DNA from: an uncultured Acidobacteriota bacterium
GTDB lineage: Bacteria; Acidobacteriota; Thermoanaerobaculia; UBA5066; Gp7-AA6
DNA length: 64,000 nucleotides
Assembly (NCBI GenBank): GCA_963804915.1
Contig: CAWDSI010000005.1
Coordinates: 46,271 to 110,270, forward strand
Direction: 5' to 3'
Positions 49,555-60,258 of this stretch are shown here, one piece after another. The first letter of the stretch is position 1; every line of letters starts with the position of its first letter. A model generated the notes under the pieces. It worked only from the letters and a program-made list of their open reading frames with translations, searched no databases and was not told the DNA's origin. The position numbers and the translations under genes were made by a program.

Positions 49555-50893
49555 CGTTCTCGACGCGCTCCGCGTCGAGAACCTCGGAAAGATGTATCGG
49601 ATCGGGGAGAGGCACGCGAAGTACCGGACTTTCCGCGAGACGATCTCGGGGCTCGCCACGGCGCCGTTTCGGGCGGCGCGCCGGCTGGCGGGCGGCAATG
49701 GCCCGCCGCCGTCGCCCGAGTCCATATGGGCGCTCCGCGACGTCTCGTTTCGGGTGGGGCAGGGAGATGTCGTCGGCGTCATCGGCCGCAACGGCGCCGG
49801 AAAGAGCACGTTGCTGAAGATCCTGGCCCGCATCACGGAGCCCACGAGCGGCTCGGCGGTTATCCGGGGACGCGTGGGCTCGCTGCTGGAAGTCGGGACC
49901 GGGTTTCACCAGGAGCTCACGGGCCGGGAGAACATCTATCTCAACGGAGCCATTCTCGGAATGCGCCGCCGCGAGATCGACTCCAGCTTCGACGAGATCG
50001 TGGCTTTCGCGGGAATCGAAAAATTCGTCGACACCCCCGTGAAGCACTACTCCTCGGGCATGTACCTGCGGCTCGCGTTCAGCGTCGCCGCGCACCTCGA
50101 TCCGGAAATCCTCCTCGTCGACGAGGTGCTCGCGGTCGGGGACGCGACTTTTCAGCGCAAGTGCCTGGAGAAGATGGAAGACGTCGGCCGGCGGGGCCGG
50201 ACCGTTCTCTTCGTCTCTCACAACATGCAGGCAATCGCGCGGCTGTGCCCGCGGACGATCCTCCTGGATTCGGGTGGCGTCGCCGCCGATGGTCCGTCCC
50301 ACAAAGTCGTCGCCAGCTACCTGTCCTCGGATATCGGGACGACGGCGGAGCGCCGCTGGTCCGACTCGAGACGGGCGCCCGCGAGCCGGGCCGCCCGGCT
50401 GGTCGCCGTGCGGGTCCGCTCCGTCGGCGGCGAGGTGACCGACGCTCCCGACCTCCGGAAGCCCATCGGCATCGAGATGGAATTCGACGTGCTCGAGGAG
50501 GGCTGGTCGTTCTCGGCCAGCTACGACTTCTACAACGAAGAAGGGCTCCTGCTCTTCGGTTCCATCGAAACCGATCCGGAATGGCGCAACAAGCGGCGGC
50601 CGCTCGGCCGCTATGCCACCACGGCCTGGGTTCCGGCAAACCTCTTTTCCGAGGGCACCGTCATCGTGAACGTCGAGCTTCTGACGGTCCATCCGCTGAC
50701 GCGCCATTTCGAGGAGCGTCAGGCCGTCGCCTTTCACCTCGTCGACAGCATGGACGGGGACTCGGCGCGCGGCGACTGGGGAGGAGAGTGGTCGGGGGCG
50801 GTCCGTCCGTTGCTCTCGTGGGGAACCCGCATCGTGCCTTCCGGCGAACCGGACTCCGGTGTCGCGCGGGACCAGGAGAGCCATGTTTCGTAG
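49538..50893 (+). CDS. Second Wzt-like ABC ATP-binding protein with a different C-terminal domain
   Basis: [38 protein letters not shown]. Confidence 0.93.
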   Translation: MPTSSDVLDALRVENLGKMYRIGERHAKYRTFRETISGLATAPFRAARRLAGGNGPPPSPESIWALRDVSFRVGQGDVVGVIGRNGAGKSTLLKILARITEPTSGSAVIRGRVGSLLEVGTGFHQELTGRENIYLNGAILGMRRREIDSSFDEIVAFAGIEKFVDTPVKHYSSGMYLRLAFSVAAHLDPEILLVDEVLAVGDATFQRKCLEKMEDVGRRGRTVLFVSHNMQAIARLCPRTILLDSGGVAADGPSHKVVASYLSSDIGTTAERRWSDSRRAPASRAARLVAVRVRSVGGEVTDAPDLRKPIGIEMEFDVLEEGWSFSASYDFYNEEGLLLFGSIETDPEWRNKRRPLGRYATTAWVPANLFSEGTVIVNVELLTVHPLTRHFEERQAVAFHLVDSMDGDSARGDWGGEWSGAVRPLLSWGTRIVPSGEPDSGVARDQESHVS

Positions 50894-51893
50894 CACGGAG
50901 GGCTTCCTCGACGCCGGACGCGGCTACCTCAGCGGTCTGCTCCGGGGCGCCGAGCGCCGCCTCGGTCTCCGGATCTTCCGCTACCACGGGGTGGTGGAGA
51001 AACGCGTGGATCCGCTTCTCGAACGCAACCAGCACGTTCTCGAAACATTCGCAGGCCAGATGGCATACCTCCGGCGCTTCCGCGTTCTCTCCCTCGACGA
51101 GCTTCTTTTCGAGCTCGATCGCCCGGGCGGTTTCAATGGGAAAACGGCGGCCGTGACCTTCGATGACGGGTTCGCCAACAACCTCCTGGCGGCTGAGGTC
51201 ATGACACGCTACCGGCTTCCCTGGACCGTGTTCGTCTCGGTGGGGCAGTTGGGCGGGGACCGAGCGCTCTGGTTCGACGAGTTCTCGATGCTGGCGCTCT
51301 ACGGGGAGGCGCCTCACTTCGAGGCGCTGGGAGCGAAGTGGCCGCTCTCGAACACGCAGGAGAGGGAACGGGCGTTTCGGGGGATTCGAGAGCTCCTCAA
51401 GACGCTGCCCGCCGACCTGAGGACGGAGACCGTGTCGTGCATCCGGTCCCAGTTCCCGCCCGGAGAGTCGGACAGGCTCCTCGCGCGGTTTCCTTCTCTT
51501 CGGACGCTGACGTGGCCTCAGCTCGGTCAGCTCGCGGCCACCGGCGTCGCGATCGGAAGCCACGGCACGAATCACGACGTTCATCACTCTTCGCAGCCTC
51601 GTGAGGAGCGGCTGCGGGAGCTCGTGGACTCGCGGAGCGAGCTCGAGGCCCGGCTGTCGCGCCCCTGCCGGGTCTTCGCCTATCCGAACGGCGACTTCGT
51701 GCCCGAGTCGCCGGAAGAAGCCGCCAGCGCCGGATACGAGGCGGCCTTCACGACCCGTGTGGCGCCGATCGACGCATCGACGTCCCGCTACCTGCTGCCC
51801 CGCCTCGCGGCGCCCCACTCGCTCCGGCGGTTCGTCCAGGTCGACTGGTGGCAGGATCCCGTGAGCCCGGGCCCGGGGCCGTCGCGAAGGTGA
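50883..51893 (+). CDS. Polysaccharide deacetylase (NodB homology)
   Basis: YHGV, VTFDDGFANN, IGSHGTNH, FAYPNG. Confidence 0.92.
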   Translation: MFRSTEGFLDAGRGYLSGLLRGAERRLGLRIFRYHGVVEKRVDPLLERNQHVLETFAGQMAYLRRFRVLSLDELLFELDRPGGFNGKTAAVTFDDGFANNLLAAEVMTRYRLPWTVFVSVGQLGGDRALWFDEFSMLALYGEAPHFEALGAKWPLSNTQERERAFRGIRELLKTLPADLRTETVSCIRSQFPPGESDRLLARFPSLRTLTWPQLGQLAATGVAIGSHGTNHDVHHSSQPREERLRELVDSRSELEARLSRPCRVFAYPNGDFVPESPEEAASAGYEAAFTTRVAPIDASTSRYLLPRLAAPHSLRRFVQVDWWQDPVSPGPGPSRR

Positions 51894-53041
51894 GGACGCA
51901 GGTGGTGAGGGCTCCCGTTCCGATTCTCTTCACGATTCCGAACTTCATATCGGCGGGATCCGGCCGGGCGATGTTGAACGTGGCGAGCCGACTCGACCGG
52001 GCGCGCTTTTCTCCGTCCGTGGCCGTGCTCCGGAGAGGGGGAAGCCTCGAGGCCGAGCTGGAGCGGCTCGGAATTCCACTGATCGAGGCCGCTTTCACGG
52101 TTGCGCCCCGTCCCCTCGCAACGCTGGCGTGGCGCGCCTGGACGGCGGCGCAGCCGTTTCGGAAGCGAGGCTTCGTGCTCTGGCACTCCTACCACTACCT
52201 CGACGACTACACGGAGCCGATTGTGGCGCGTCTGGCCGGAGCGCGTTCGTGGATCTACACGAAGAAGAACATGAGCTGGAACCACCGGTCGTGGTGGATT
52301 CGCACCTTCCTCGCCAGGCGAGTCGCCGCCATGAACACGGACATGCTCGAGCACTACCTCTCTCCGCCGCGCTTCCGGCGCAAGAGCGTCCTGCTTCCGC
52401 CGGGCGTGGAGACCGAAACGTACCGGCCGGGCATCCCACCCCGCCTGGAGTTGCGGACGCGGCTGAGGACGCCGGCGAGCACGCCGGTCATCGGATGCGT
52501 CGCGAACCTGGTTCCGATCAAGGGCCACACCGTCCTGATCGAAGCCATGGCGCGCGTGCCGGGAGCGCACTTGTGGCTCGCGGGCGCCGAGCTCGACGCG
52601 AACTACGCCGGCGCGCTGCGGCGCCGCGTCGCCGAGCTCGGGCTCGCGGAGCGCGTCTCGTTTGTCGGCAGCGTTTCCGACATTCCCGCCTTCCTCGCCG
52701 AGATCGACGTCTTCGTGCTTCCGACACCCACCGGCGAAGGTTTGGGCGTCGCACTGCTCGAAGCCATGTCGTGCGGCGTGGCATCGGTGGCCTTCGAGAT
52801 CCCCGGCCCGCGGGACGTGGTCGAGTCGGGACGCAACGGATGGCTGGTGCCGCCGGGCGACCCGGTCGCGCTCGCGGGGGTGCTCGAACGGCTCGCCGGA
52901 GACGCCGAGCTCCGCCGACGGCTCGGATCCGCGGCTCGAACTCGAATCCTCGAACGGTACTCGATCGACCGGGAAGTCGCGGCCTACGAGGAGCTCTACG
53001 AGGGGCTGCTCCAGCCCCGCCGGGCGGAGAAGGCCGCGTGA
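51890..53041 (+). CDS. Glycosyltransferase family 4
   Basis: ANLVPIKGH, EGLGVALLEAMSCG; GTG start overlapping the upstream stop. Confidence 0.92.
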   Translation: MRTQVVRAPVPILFTIPNFISAGSGRAMLNVASRLDRARFSPSVAVLRRGGSLEAELERLGIPLIEAAFTVAPRPLATLAWRAWTAAQPFRKRGFVLWHSYHYLDDYTEPIVARLAGARSWIYTKKNMSWNHRSWWIRTFLARRVAAMNTDMLEHYLSPPRFRRKSVLLPPGVETETYRPGIPPRLELRTRLRTPASTPVIGCVANLVPIKGHTVLIEAMARVPGAHLWLAGAELDANYAGALRRRVAELGLAERVSFVGSVSDIPAFLAEIDVFVLPTPTGEGLGVALLEAMSCGVASVAFEIPGPRDVVESGRNGWLVPPGDPVALAGVLERLAGDAELRRRLGSAARTRILERYSIDREVAAYEELYEGLLQPRRAEKAA

Positions 53042-54876
53042 GCGACCGCGGAGCAAGCGTGGCAGAGACATTCGAGCGAGAGGCGGGGCGCCCGATGTCC
53101 CGCGCGGCCGCTCTCTGCGGGGACTGGCTGGTCACGTTCGGCGATCGCGGAACGCTGCCTTCTCCGCGGTTTCCGAACCTGGGTCCCTGGCGCGACGCGG
53201 GCGGCGTGTGGCTCGCGCCCGGGGGCGCGGGCTGGCGGGGCTTCCCGCTCCGGACGTTCCAGAGCGGGCCCTGGACCTTCTGGCTGCTCGGCGACCTGGC
53301 GCTTCCGGCCGGTGACGACCCCGGGACGTTCCTCCGCGACCTGGCCGGCGACGACCGTCTCTCGAAGCGGCTCAACGGACACTTTCTGCTGCTCGGTCGG
53401 TGCGAGACCGACGGGCGCTGGTACGCCTGGACGGATCGGTTCGGAACCGTCCACGCTTACTTTGCGAGGAGCGGATCGCGAGCCGCGCTCGGAACGAGTT
53501 TCGCGTCGGTGGCTTCGGCGACGTCGCGCCGCAGCCTCGACTGGCCGGCTCTGTCCGCATTCTTCGCCTGCGGGTTCTTTCCCGCCGATCGGACATTCTT
53601 CGAGGACGTCCGCATTCTCCGGCCGGCCACCCGTCATGTCTTCACGGCCGAAGGAGAGCTCCTTTCGGCCGAGAGGTATTGGGATTGGTCGCATCGGCCG
53701 GATCGCGTGCGCTCTTTCGACGACACGGTGGCCGAGTTCGCCCAAACGCTCCACGGGGTCCTCGACGACCAGACGCGTTCGGGCCGGATCGCCGTGCCGA
53801 TCTCCGGAGGCCTCGACTCCCGCACGACGTTCGCGGCGCTGACACGCACCGGATCCTCGGCGCGCGAACGCCTGTGGTGCTACTCCTACGGGTACGGCGA
53901 GGACTCGATCGAGACGCGCATCGCCCGCCGTGTCGCGGAAGCGCGCGGCGTCCCGATCGAAACCCTCGCCGTCGAGCCTTACCTCTTCGACCGTCTGGGC
54001 TCCGTGCTCGGGTGCGTCGAAGGGTTCCAGGACGTGACGCAGGCCCGTCAGGCCGTGATCGCGGATCGGCTCGCCGAGCGGTCCGACGCCGTGATCGCGG
54101 CGCACTGGGGGGACGTGTGGCTCGGCGACATGGGGCTGGCGGGGACGGATTCGGCCGATTCCGCCTTCGTGTCGGCGCACGCGTACAAGAAGATCGCGAA
54201 GAGGGGACGCCGGTGGCTCCTCGATGAGGTGGCGAGGCCGCATCTTGCGGACGAAGATCCGGATTCGATCGTCCGAAGCTTTGTGGATCGGGAGCTCGAG
54301 AGGGTGGCCGCGATCGCCGAGCCCGACTTCCGCGTCAAAGCGTACAAGACGGATCAGTGGTCGTTTCGCTGGACTCTCGCGAGCCTCCGGATGTATCAGG
54401 CCGGAGCCTGGCCGCTTCTGCCCTTCTACGACACCCGGATGTCGGACTTCATCGCGACGGTGCCCACGGAGTTCGTTTCCGGACGGCGCCTGCAGATCGA
54501 ATACCTCAAGCGGTACGCACCGGACCTCGCCCGCGTCACGTGGCAAGAGTCCGGGGCGAGCCTCTACCGGTCTCGCCGCTTCCGCACCTGGCTTCTGCCC
54601 TGGCGCGTCGCGCGCAAGGCCGCGCGGCTCGTGATGAGGACACCGAACGCTCCGGAGCGGAATTGGGAAGTGCAGTTCTCGGGCTCCGGCGCGGAACGGC
54701 TCCGGGGTGTGCTCCTGGGCCCGAACGCGCGCCTGCATGAGCTCGTCGAGCCCGCGCGGATCGAGCACCTGCTGGAGGCGTTCTTCCGGGCGCCGCTCGA
54801 AGAGGGCCGAGGCTACACCGTCTCGATGCTTCTGACCTTCGCGGCGTTCCTCGAAACCCTCGAGGCCCACGCCTGA
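53038..54876 (+). CDS. Asparagine synthase-like amidoligase (AsnB family); start 53038 or 53095
   Basis: LNGHF and TDRFG (Ntn-like domain), ISGGLDSR PP-loop, PFYD motif. Confidence 0.85.
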   Translation: MSDRGASVAETFEREAGRPMSRAAALCGDWLVTFGDRGTLPSPRFPNLGPWRDAGGVWLAPGGAGWRGFPLRTFQSGPWTFWLLGDLALPAGDDPGTFLRDLAGDDRLSKRLNGHFLLLGRCETDGRWYAWTDRFGTVHAYFARSGSRAALGTSFASVASATSRRSLDWPALSAFFACGFFPADRTFFEDVRILRPATRHVFTAEGELLSAERYWDWSHRPDRVRSFDDTVAEFAQTLHGVLDDQTRSGRIAVPISGGLDSRTTFAALTRTGSSARERLWCYSYGYGEDSIETRIARRVAEARGVPIETLAVEPYLFDRLGSVLGCVEGFQDVTQARQAVIADRLAERSDAVIAAHWGDVWLGDMGLAGTDSADSAFVSAHAYKKIAKRGRRWLLDEVARPHLADEDPDSIVRSFVDRELERVAAIAEPDFRVKAYKTDQWSFRWTLASLRMYQAGAWPLLPFYDTRMSDFIATVPTEFVSGRRLQIEYLKRYAPDLARVTWQESGASLYRSRRFRTWLLPWRVARKAARLVMRTPNAPERNWEVQFSGSGAERLRGVLLGPNARLHELVEPARIEHLLEAFFRAPLEEGRGYTVSMLLTFAAFLETLEAHA

Positions 54877-56078
54877 TGACCGCGACCGAACCTCTCCGGC
54901 TGCTCGTCGTCGGGACGACCTGGCCGCCGCAGACTTTCCTCGGCCGCCTCATGCGCGGCCTCGCGGACCGCGGGCTCCGCGTCCAGATCGCGTTTTCGAA
55001 ATGGCCGGACGAGGACTGGTTCCTGAAATCCAAGCTCAAGACCTTCAAGACGCGGGCCTGGGAGGGACCGATCCCCGTGCGGATCGCCTGGCTGGCCTGG
55101 CTGCTCGGCCTGGCCATTCTGAGGTCTCCGCGCGTCGTCGGTCGTTTCTGGCGTTTCGCCGCGGGGCAGAGGTCCTTGTCGGAGCGGTTGCGGGTCCTCA
55201 ACCGGCTCCTGCCGTACGCGGGCGTGCCCTGCGACGTCATCTACTTTCCGTGGAACTCGGCGGCGATCGACTACCTGCCGCTCTTCGAGATCGACCGGCC
55301 CGTGGTCGTCAGCTGCCGCGGCTCCCAGGTGAACGTCGCGCCGCACGATCCCCGCCGCAGCGTTCGCGAGGGTCTGCCGGTAACGTTCCGGAAAGCCTCG
55401 CTCGTCCACTGCGTTTCGCAGGCGATTGAAGCGGAAGCCGGCCGCTACGGCCTCGACCCGAAGAAATCCCGAGTCATCCAGACGGGCGTGGACCCGTCGT
55501 TCTTCAGCCCCGCGGACACGCGCGAACCGTCCGATCGCATCCGCGTCGTGACGACCGGCCGGCTCGACTGGAACAAAGGTCTCACCTACGGACTGCAGGC
55601 CATTCGCGGCCTCGTGGACGCGGGAGTGCCGGTCATGTTCTCGATCATCGGCGACGGCCCCGACCGGCAGCGGATCCTCTTCGCGATCGACGACCTCGGT
55701 CTGCACGACTCCGTCCGCCTGCTGGGACGTCTGGCGCCGATTGCGGTGCGGGACGAGCTGCGCCGCTCCGACATCTTCATTCTCCCGAGCCTCACGGAGG
55801 GACTCTCGAACGCCGCCGTCGAAGCGATGGGCTGCGGCCTTCCGGTCGTCCTGACCGATGTCGGCGGCGCGCGGGAGGCCGTGGTCGACGGCGTCGAAGG
55901 CTTCGTCGTTCCCCTCTGGGATTCGCCGGCCATGACCGAGGCGGTCCGGAACCTGGCGCGCGACCCCCAGCTGCGGATGCGGATGGGCCGCGCGGCGCGA
56001 GAGCGCGTGCTGCGGGACTTCACCGCCGAGCGGCACTTCCGCGAGTTCGTCGGACTCTTCGAGGAGTGTCGGCAGTGA
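54876..56078 (+). CDS. Glycosyltransferase family 4 (WcaL-like)
   Basis: GRLDWNKG, PSLTEGLSNAAVEAMGCGLPVV. Confidence 0.92.
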   Translation: MTATEPLRLLVVGTTWPPQTFLGRLMRGLADRGLRVQIAFSKWPDEDWFLKSKLKTFKTRAWEGPIPVRIAWLAWLLGLAILRSPRVVGRFWRFAAGQRSLSERLRVLNRLLPYAGVPCDVIYFPWNSAAIDYLPLFEIDRPVVVSCRGSQVNVAPHDPRRSVREGLPVTFRKASLVHCVSQAIEAEAGRYGLDPKKSRVIQTGVDPSFFSPADTREPSDRIRVVTTGRLDWNKGLTYGLQAIRGLVDAGVPVMFSIIGDGPDRQRILFAIDDLGLHDSVRLLGRLAPIAVRDELRRSDIFILPSLTEGLSNAAVEAMGCGLPVVLTDVGGAREAVVDGVEGFVVPLWDSPAMTEAVRNLARDPQLRMRMGRAARERVLRDFTAERHFREFVGLFEECRQ

Positions 56079-57370
56079 CGGGCCGGATCGCGCTGGTCGT
56101 GTCGGGCTTCCCGAAACTCTCGGAGACGTTCATCGCCAGCAAATTCGCGGGACTCCTGGAGCGCGGCTGGGACGTGCACGTCGTCTGCAACATGAGCGAC
56201 GAGAAGGAGTGGGCCCGGTTTCCCCATCTGCCAGCGAGCGTGCGAAAACGCGTCCACTTGGGCTGGCCCCACCATCCGAAATGGAAGGCGGCGTTGCTTT
56301 CTCCGTTCGCGTTGATGGCCTGCTTCCAGGCGGCGCCCGGACGGACATGGCGCTATCTCCGGCAGGCGCGGCGCCGCGGGGGCATGCTCGAGGCGCTCGG
56401 CCGCCTGTACCTCGACCTCCCGCTCATCCGCCTGGGGCCGGACATCGTGCACTTCGAGTTCGGAGCGCTCGCGACCGAGCGTATGGATCTTCGAGAGCTG
56501 CTCGGCTGCCGCATCACCGTCAGCTTCCGGGGGTACGATCTCAACTTCGTCGGCCTCGATCAGCCCGGGTACTTCGACGCGGTCTGGGCGGGAGCGGCGG
56601 GACTGCACTTTCTGGGCGAGGACCTGTGGAGGCGCGCCCGGCGGCGCGGCTGTCCTCCGGACCGCTTCCACATGCTCATCCCGCCCGCCATCGACGTCGA
56701 GTTCCACAAGAGGGACGAGGCGGAGCTCTCCAGGAAGTCCGAGGGTTCGCGCCCGCTGCGCATCCTCAGCGTCGGCCGCCTGGAGTGGAAGAAAGGCTAC
56801 GAGAACGCGCTGCTCGCCATCCGCCGGCTGCTCGACCGCGGCGTCGCGTGCGAGTACCGGATCGTGGGCGATGGCGACTATTTCCCCGCCGTGGCGTTCA
56901 TGCGCCGGCAGCTCGGGCTGGAGGGCGTGGTCGAGGTGCTCGGAGCCCTGCCCCGGGAGGACGTCCGGCAGGAGATGCAGTCCGCCGACGTCCTGCTCCA
57001 CGCGGCCGTCTCCGAGGGCTTCTGCAACGCCGTCATCGAGGCGCAGAGCATGGAGCTGCCCGTCGTCTGCACGGACGCCGACGGACTTCGCGAGAACGTG
57101 GCCGACGGCGAGACGGGTTTCGTCGTCCCGCGTCGGGACCCCGAGGCTCTGGCGGCCAAGCTCGAAGTCCTGGCCCGCGATCCCGCGCTGCGCCAGCGGA
57201 TGGGCAAGGCGGGACGGAAGCGGGTGCTCGAGAACTTCCAGCTCTCCGACCAGCTCGACCGGCTCGAGGATTTCTACCGGCAGGTGCTGAACGGAGTGCG
57301 GGCGGACTCCGGCCGAGAGGAAGGTGCTGAGCCGCCGCCGAGGGCAGCGAGGTCGGCTGTGAGGACATGA
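56075..57370 (+). CDS. Glycosyltransferase family 4 (WcaL-like)
   Basis: FPKLSETFI, SFRGYD, GRLEWKKG, SEGFCNAVIEAQ. Confidence 0.92.
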   Translation: MTGRIALVVSGFPKLSETFIASKFAGLLERGWDVHVVCNMSDEKEWARFPHLPASVRKRVHLGWPHHPKWKAALLSPFALMACFQAAPGRTWRYLRQARRRGGMLEALGRLYLDLPLIRLGPDIVHFEFGALATERMDLRELLGCRITVSFRGYDLNFVGLDQPGYFDAVWAGAAGLHFLGEDLWRRARRRGCPPDRFHMLIPPAIDVEFHKRDEAELSRKSEGSRPLRILSVGRLEWKKGYENALLAIRRLLDRGVACEYRIVGDGDYFPAVAFMRRQLGLEGVVEVLGALPREDVRQEMQSADVLLHAAVSEGFCNAVIEAQSMELPVVCTDADGLRENVADGETGFVVPRRDPEALAAKLEVLARDPALRQRMGKAGRKRVLENFQLSDQLDRLEDFYRQVLNGVRADSGREEGAEPPPRAARSAVRT

Positions 57371-59040
57371 GCGCGGAAGTGACCCTCGTCTGGATTGGCG
57401 CCGGAGCGCCGCCGCCGTGGCGCGCCGGACGTACGGTCAAGGCTGATGCGACGCCGGCCTCGGTGGCGGCGTGCGTGGCGGGAGAGCTTCCGGGGTCGAC
57501 CGCGGAAGCGTGGTTGTTCTGGTCCTCCGATCTGGGGTCGCCCGATCCCGAGCGCGTCGCCCAGGCCCTCGCGACCCCGGGCGATCTCTGGCACGCGGGC
57601 CTTCGCCTCGGGACGGCCGGCCTTCCGCGTGCGATCGACCACGTCGAGCCGACGTGGATGCTGAATCGGGACCCCGATCCGTCGATCGTCTCGACGTCCT
57701 GGCGCGTCAGTCTCGACGCCTGTCTCGTGCGCACGGATGTGCTCCGGAGGATCGGAATCATCCACCCCGAGTTTCGAACTCTGGCCGGAGCCGCGCTCGA
57801 GTTCGGTCATCGCTGCGTCCGCTTCGGAGTTCTGACCCGCCACATGGGGTCCCTCGCGGGCGAGAAGACGTCCCGGCCGGCTCCGTCGATACCGATCGAG
57901 GACGAGCTGCGATTCGTGTACTACCGCTTCGGCCGCCGCTGGCTGCACTGGACCGTCTTCCGGACGCTCGTGCTGGGCTGGGCTCCGCGGGGAGCGGTCC
58001 TGGCGGCGTCGAAGGAAATTACCCGCCGGCCTCCGCCGCCCGAGCCCCGGCCCTACCGGCAGGCCCTGGAGGACGCCCCGGAGGGTGTGAGCGCGGGCCG
58101 CGAGGCGGACGTGACAGGATCCGTGACGATCCTGATCCCGACGGTGGATCGCTATCCGTACCTCGAGAAGCTCCTCGACCAGCTGCGCCGACAGACCGTG
58201 CCGCCCCTCGAGATCGTGATCGTCGACCAGACCCCTCCCGATCGGCGCCGATCCGATCTCGCGTCCCGGTTCCCGGATTTGCCGATCCAGCTCCTCCAGC
58301 TCGACCGCGCCGGCCAGTGCTCGTCCCGCAACGCCGGCATCGCCGCGTCCCGCGGCGAATTCCTGCTCTTTCTGGACGACGACGACGAGGTCCCGCCGGG
58401 TTTGATCGAGAAGCACCTGGCCGCGCTCGAGCGCTTCCGCAACGACGTGTCCTGCGGCGTCGCCGACGAGGACGGCGCCGGGCCGCTGCCGGCCGCGTTC
58501 CGGCTGACACGGGCGAGCGACGTGTTCCCGACCAACAACTCGATGATTCGCATGAGCGCCCTGGAGGGATCGGGTCTCTTCGACCTGGCCTACGACCGCG
58601 GTGCGCGCGCGGACGCCGATCTCGGCATGCGGCTGTACCTCGCCGGCAACCTGATGGTCCTCAACTCCGACATCCATGTCCTGCACCGGCACGCTCCGAG
58701 CGGCGGCTTGAGGACACACGGCGCGCGGGTGATCACCTACGCGAGCAGCCGGAGCCGCCTCTCCCACCGCCACCTCCTGACCGCGACCGAAATTTACAAG
58801 GCGCGCCGCTACTACTCGCCCCGGCAGGTGGAGGAGATGTACTGGCACGCCGCCCTGGGCACGTTCAGCGCCCGAGGCGGCCGCTTGCGGCGCCTGGTCA
58901 AGGCCGGAATGGCATTGCTCCTGCTACCGCACAGCCTCTGGACGACCCGGCAGCGGGCGAGGATCGCGGACGGAATGCTCCGCGAGTATCCCCGGATCCC
59001 TGCCTACGAAGGCGGCCACCGCGCCGCGACCGCGAGCTGA
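57367..59040 (+). CDS. Glycosyltransferase family 2 with N-terminal extension
   Basis: TILIPTVDR, IVIVDQ, SRNAG, LFLDDDD in the C-terminal half. Confidence 0.88.
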   Translation: MSAEVTLVWIGAGAPPPWRAGRTVKADATPASVAACVAGELPGSTAEAWLFWSSDLGSPDPERVAQALATPGDLWHAGLRLGTAGLPRAIDHVEPTWMLNRDPDPSIVSTSWRVSLDACLVRTDVLRRIGIIHPEFRTLAGAALEFGHRCVRFGVLTRHMGSLAGEKTSRPAPSIPIEDELRFVYYRFGRRWLHWTVFRTLVLGWAPRGAVLAASKEITRRPPPPEPRPYRQALEDAPEGVSAGREADVTGSVTILIPTVDRYPYLEKLLDQLRRQTVPPLEIVIVDQTPPDRRRSDLASRFPDLPIQLLQLDRAGQCSSRNAGIAASRGEFLLFLDDDDEVPPGLIEKHLAALERFRNDVSCGVADEDGAGPLPAAFRLTRASDVFPTNNSMIRMSALEGSGLFDLAYDRGARADADLGMRLYLAGNLMVLNSDIHVLHRHAPSGGLRTHGARVITYASSRSRLSHRHLLTATEIYKARRYYSPRQVEEMYWHAALGTFSARGGRLRRLVKAGMALLLLPHSLWTTRQRARIADGMLREYPRIPAYEGGHRAATAS

Positions 59041-60258
59041 TGCGTCACGTGCTTTTCCTGTCGAGCGAGTTTCCTCCGGGGCCGGGAGGGATCGGCACGC
59101 ATGCCCACCAGGTTTCGCTGGGCCTCCACGCCGCCGGCTGGCGGCCCGTCGTCCTGTCGCCGCAGGATTACGCGAGCGAAGACGAGATCGCGAGCTTCGA
59201 CGCGGAGCAGCCCTTTCCCGTCGTCCGGCTGCGCCCGGTCCCCGGGCCGCCGTTCGAGGCGTTGTATCGAGAAGCCGTGCTCGCGCGCTGGATCGGCCGC
59301 CACCGGCCGGACGTGCTCGTCGCTTCGGGAAGCCGGTCGGTCCTGCTCGCGGCGGCACGCTGGCGGGGACGCGGCATCCCCTGGGTCGCCATCGGGCACG
59401 GAACCGAGTTCGGTGGAGGAGGCGGCGCGTCCCGCCTCCTGCGCTGGGCGTTCGAGCAGGCTACGAGCGTCGTTTGCGTGAGCGAGTTCACGCGCCGGCG
59501 CATGCGCGAAGCCGGGATCCGCGCCCGCGACGAGGCGGTGATTCCCAACGGAGCGGATCCCTCGCGCTTCCGCCGACTCGGGCCGGAAGCGTCTCTCCAC
59601 GCGCGGCGAGAGCTGGGCTTGAAGGACGCCGACGCGCGCATCCTGATCACGGTCGGCAACGTCACCGAGCGCAAGGGACAGGACATCGTGGTGCGCGCGC
59701 TTCCCGGGATCCTCCGCGAGGAGCCGCGGGCGCACTACCTCGTGGCGGGCCTCCCGACCCGCGGGGAGGAGTTGCGCGAGCTGGCTCGAGAGCTCGGAGT
59801 GCTCGACCGCGTCCACCTGCTCGGCCGGGTCGAACCGGACCGCCTGACCGGCATGCTCAACGCGGCCGACCTTTTTGTCATGACGAGCCGCAACACTTCG
59901 AGCGGCGACGTGGAGGGCTACGGGATCGCCGTGGTGGAGGCCGCGCTGTGCGGGCTGCCTTCCGTGGTCGCCGGCGGCTCGGGACTGGCGGAAGCCGTGC
60001 GAGGACGGCGAGACCGGCGTCGTCGTCGCCTCCGAAGACCCCGAGGCGACGGCTCGCGGCATTCTCGGGCTGCTTCGCGACGAGGCCGGGCGGACGGCGA
60101 TGGGGGAGCGTGCCCGCAACCGAGCCGAGCGCGAGAAAACCTGGGAGCGATGCGCGGCGCGGTACGCCGAAACGCTCGGCCGCCTTTGTTCGGAGCCGAA
60201 CCCCGGCGGTCCGACGTCGGTCGCGCTCGAGCCGGGAACGGCGAGGCGCGCGCGATGA
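59040..60258 (+). CDS. Glycosyltransferase family 4, apparent frameshift near 60000
   Basis: MRHVLFLSSEFPPGPGGIG, VGNVTERKGQD, EGYGIAVVEAA, then EDGETGVVV in the shifted frame ending at TGA 60258. Confidence 0.88.

Noticed and set aside
53038-54876. Lasso peptide cyclase
   Set aside because: No precursor, B1 or B2 genes nearby; the context is entirely polysaccharide biosynthesis
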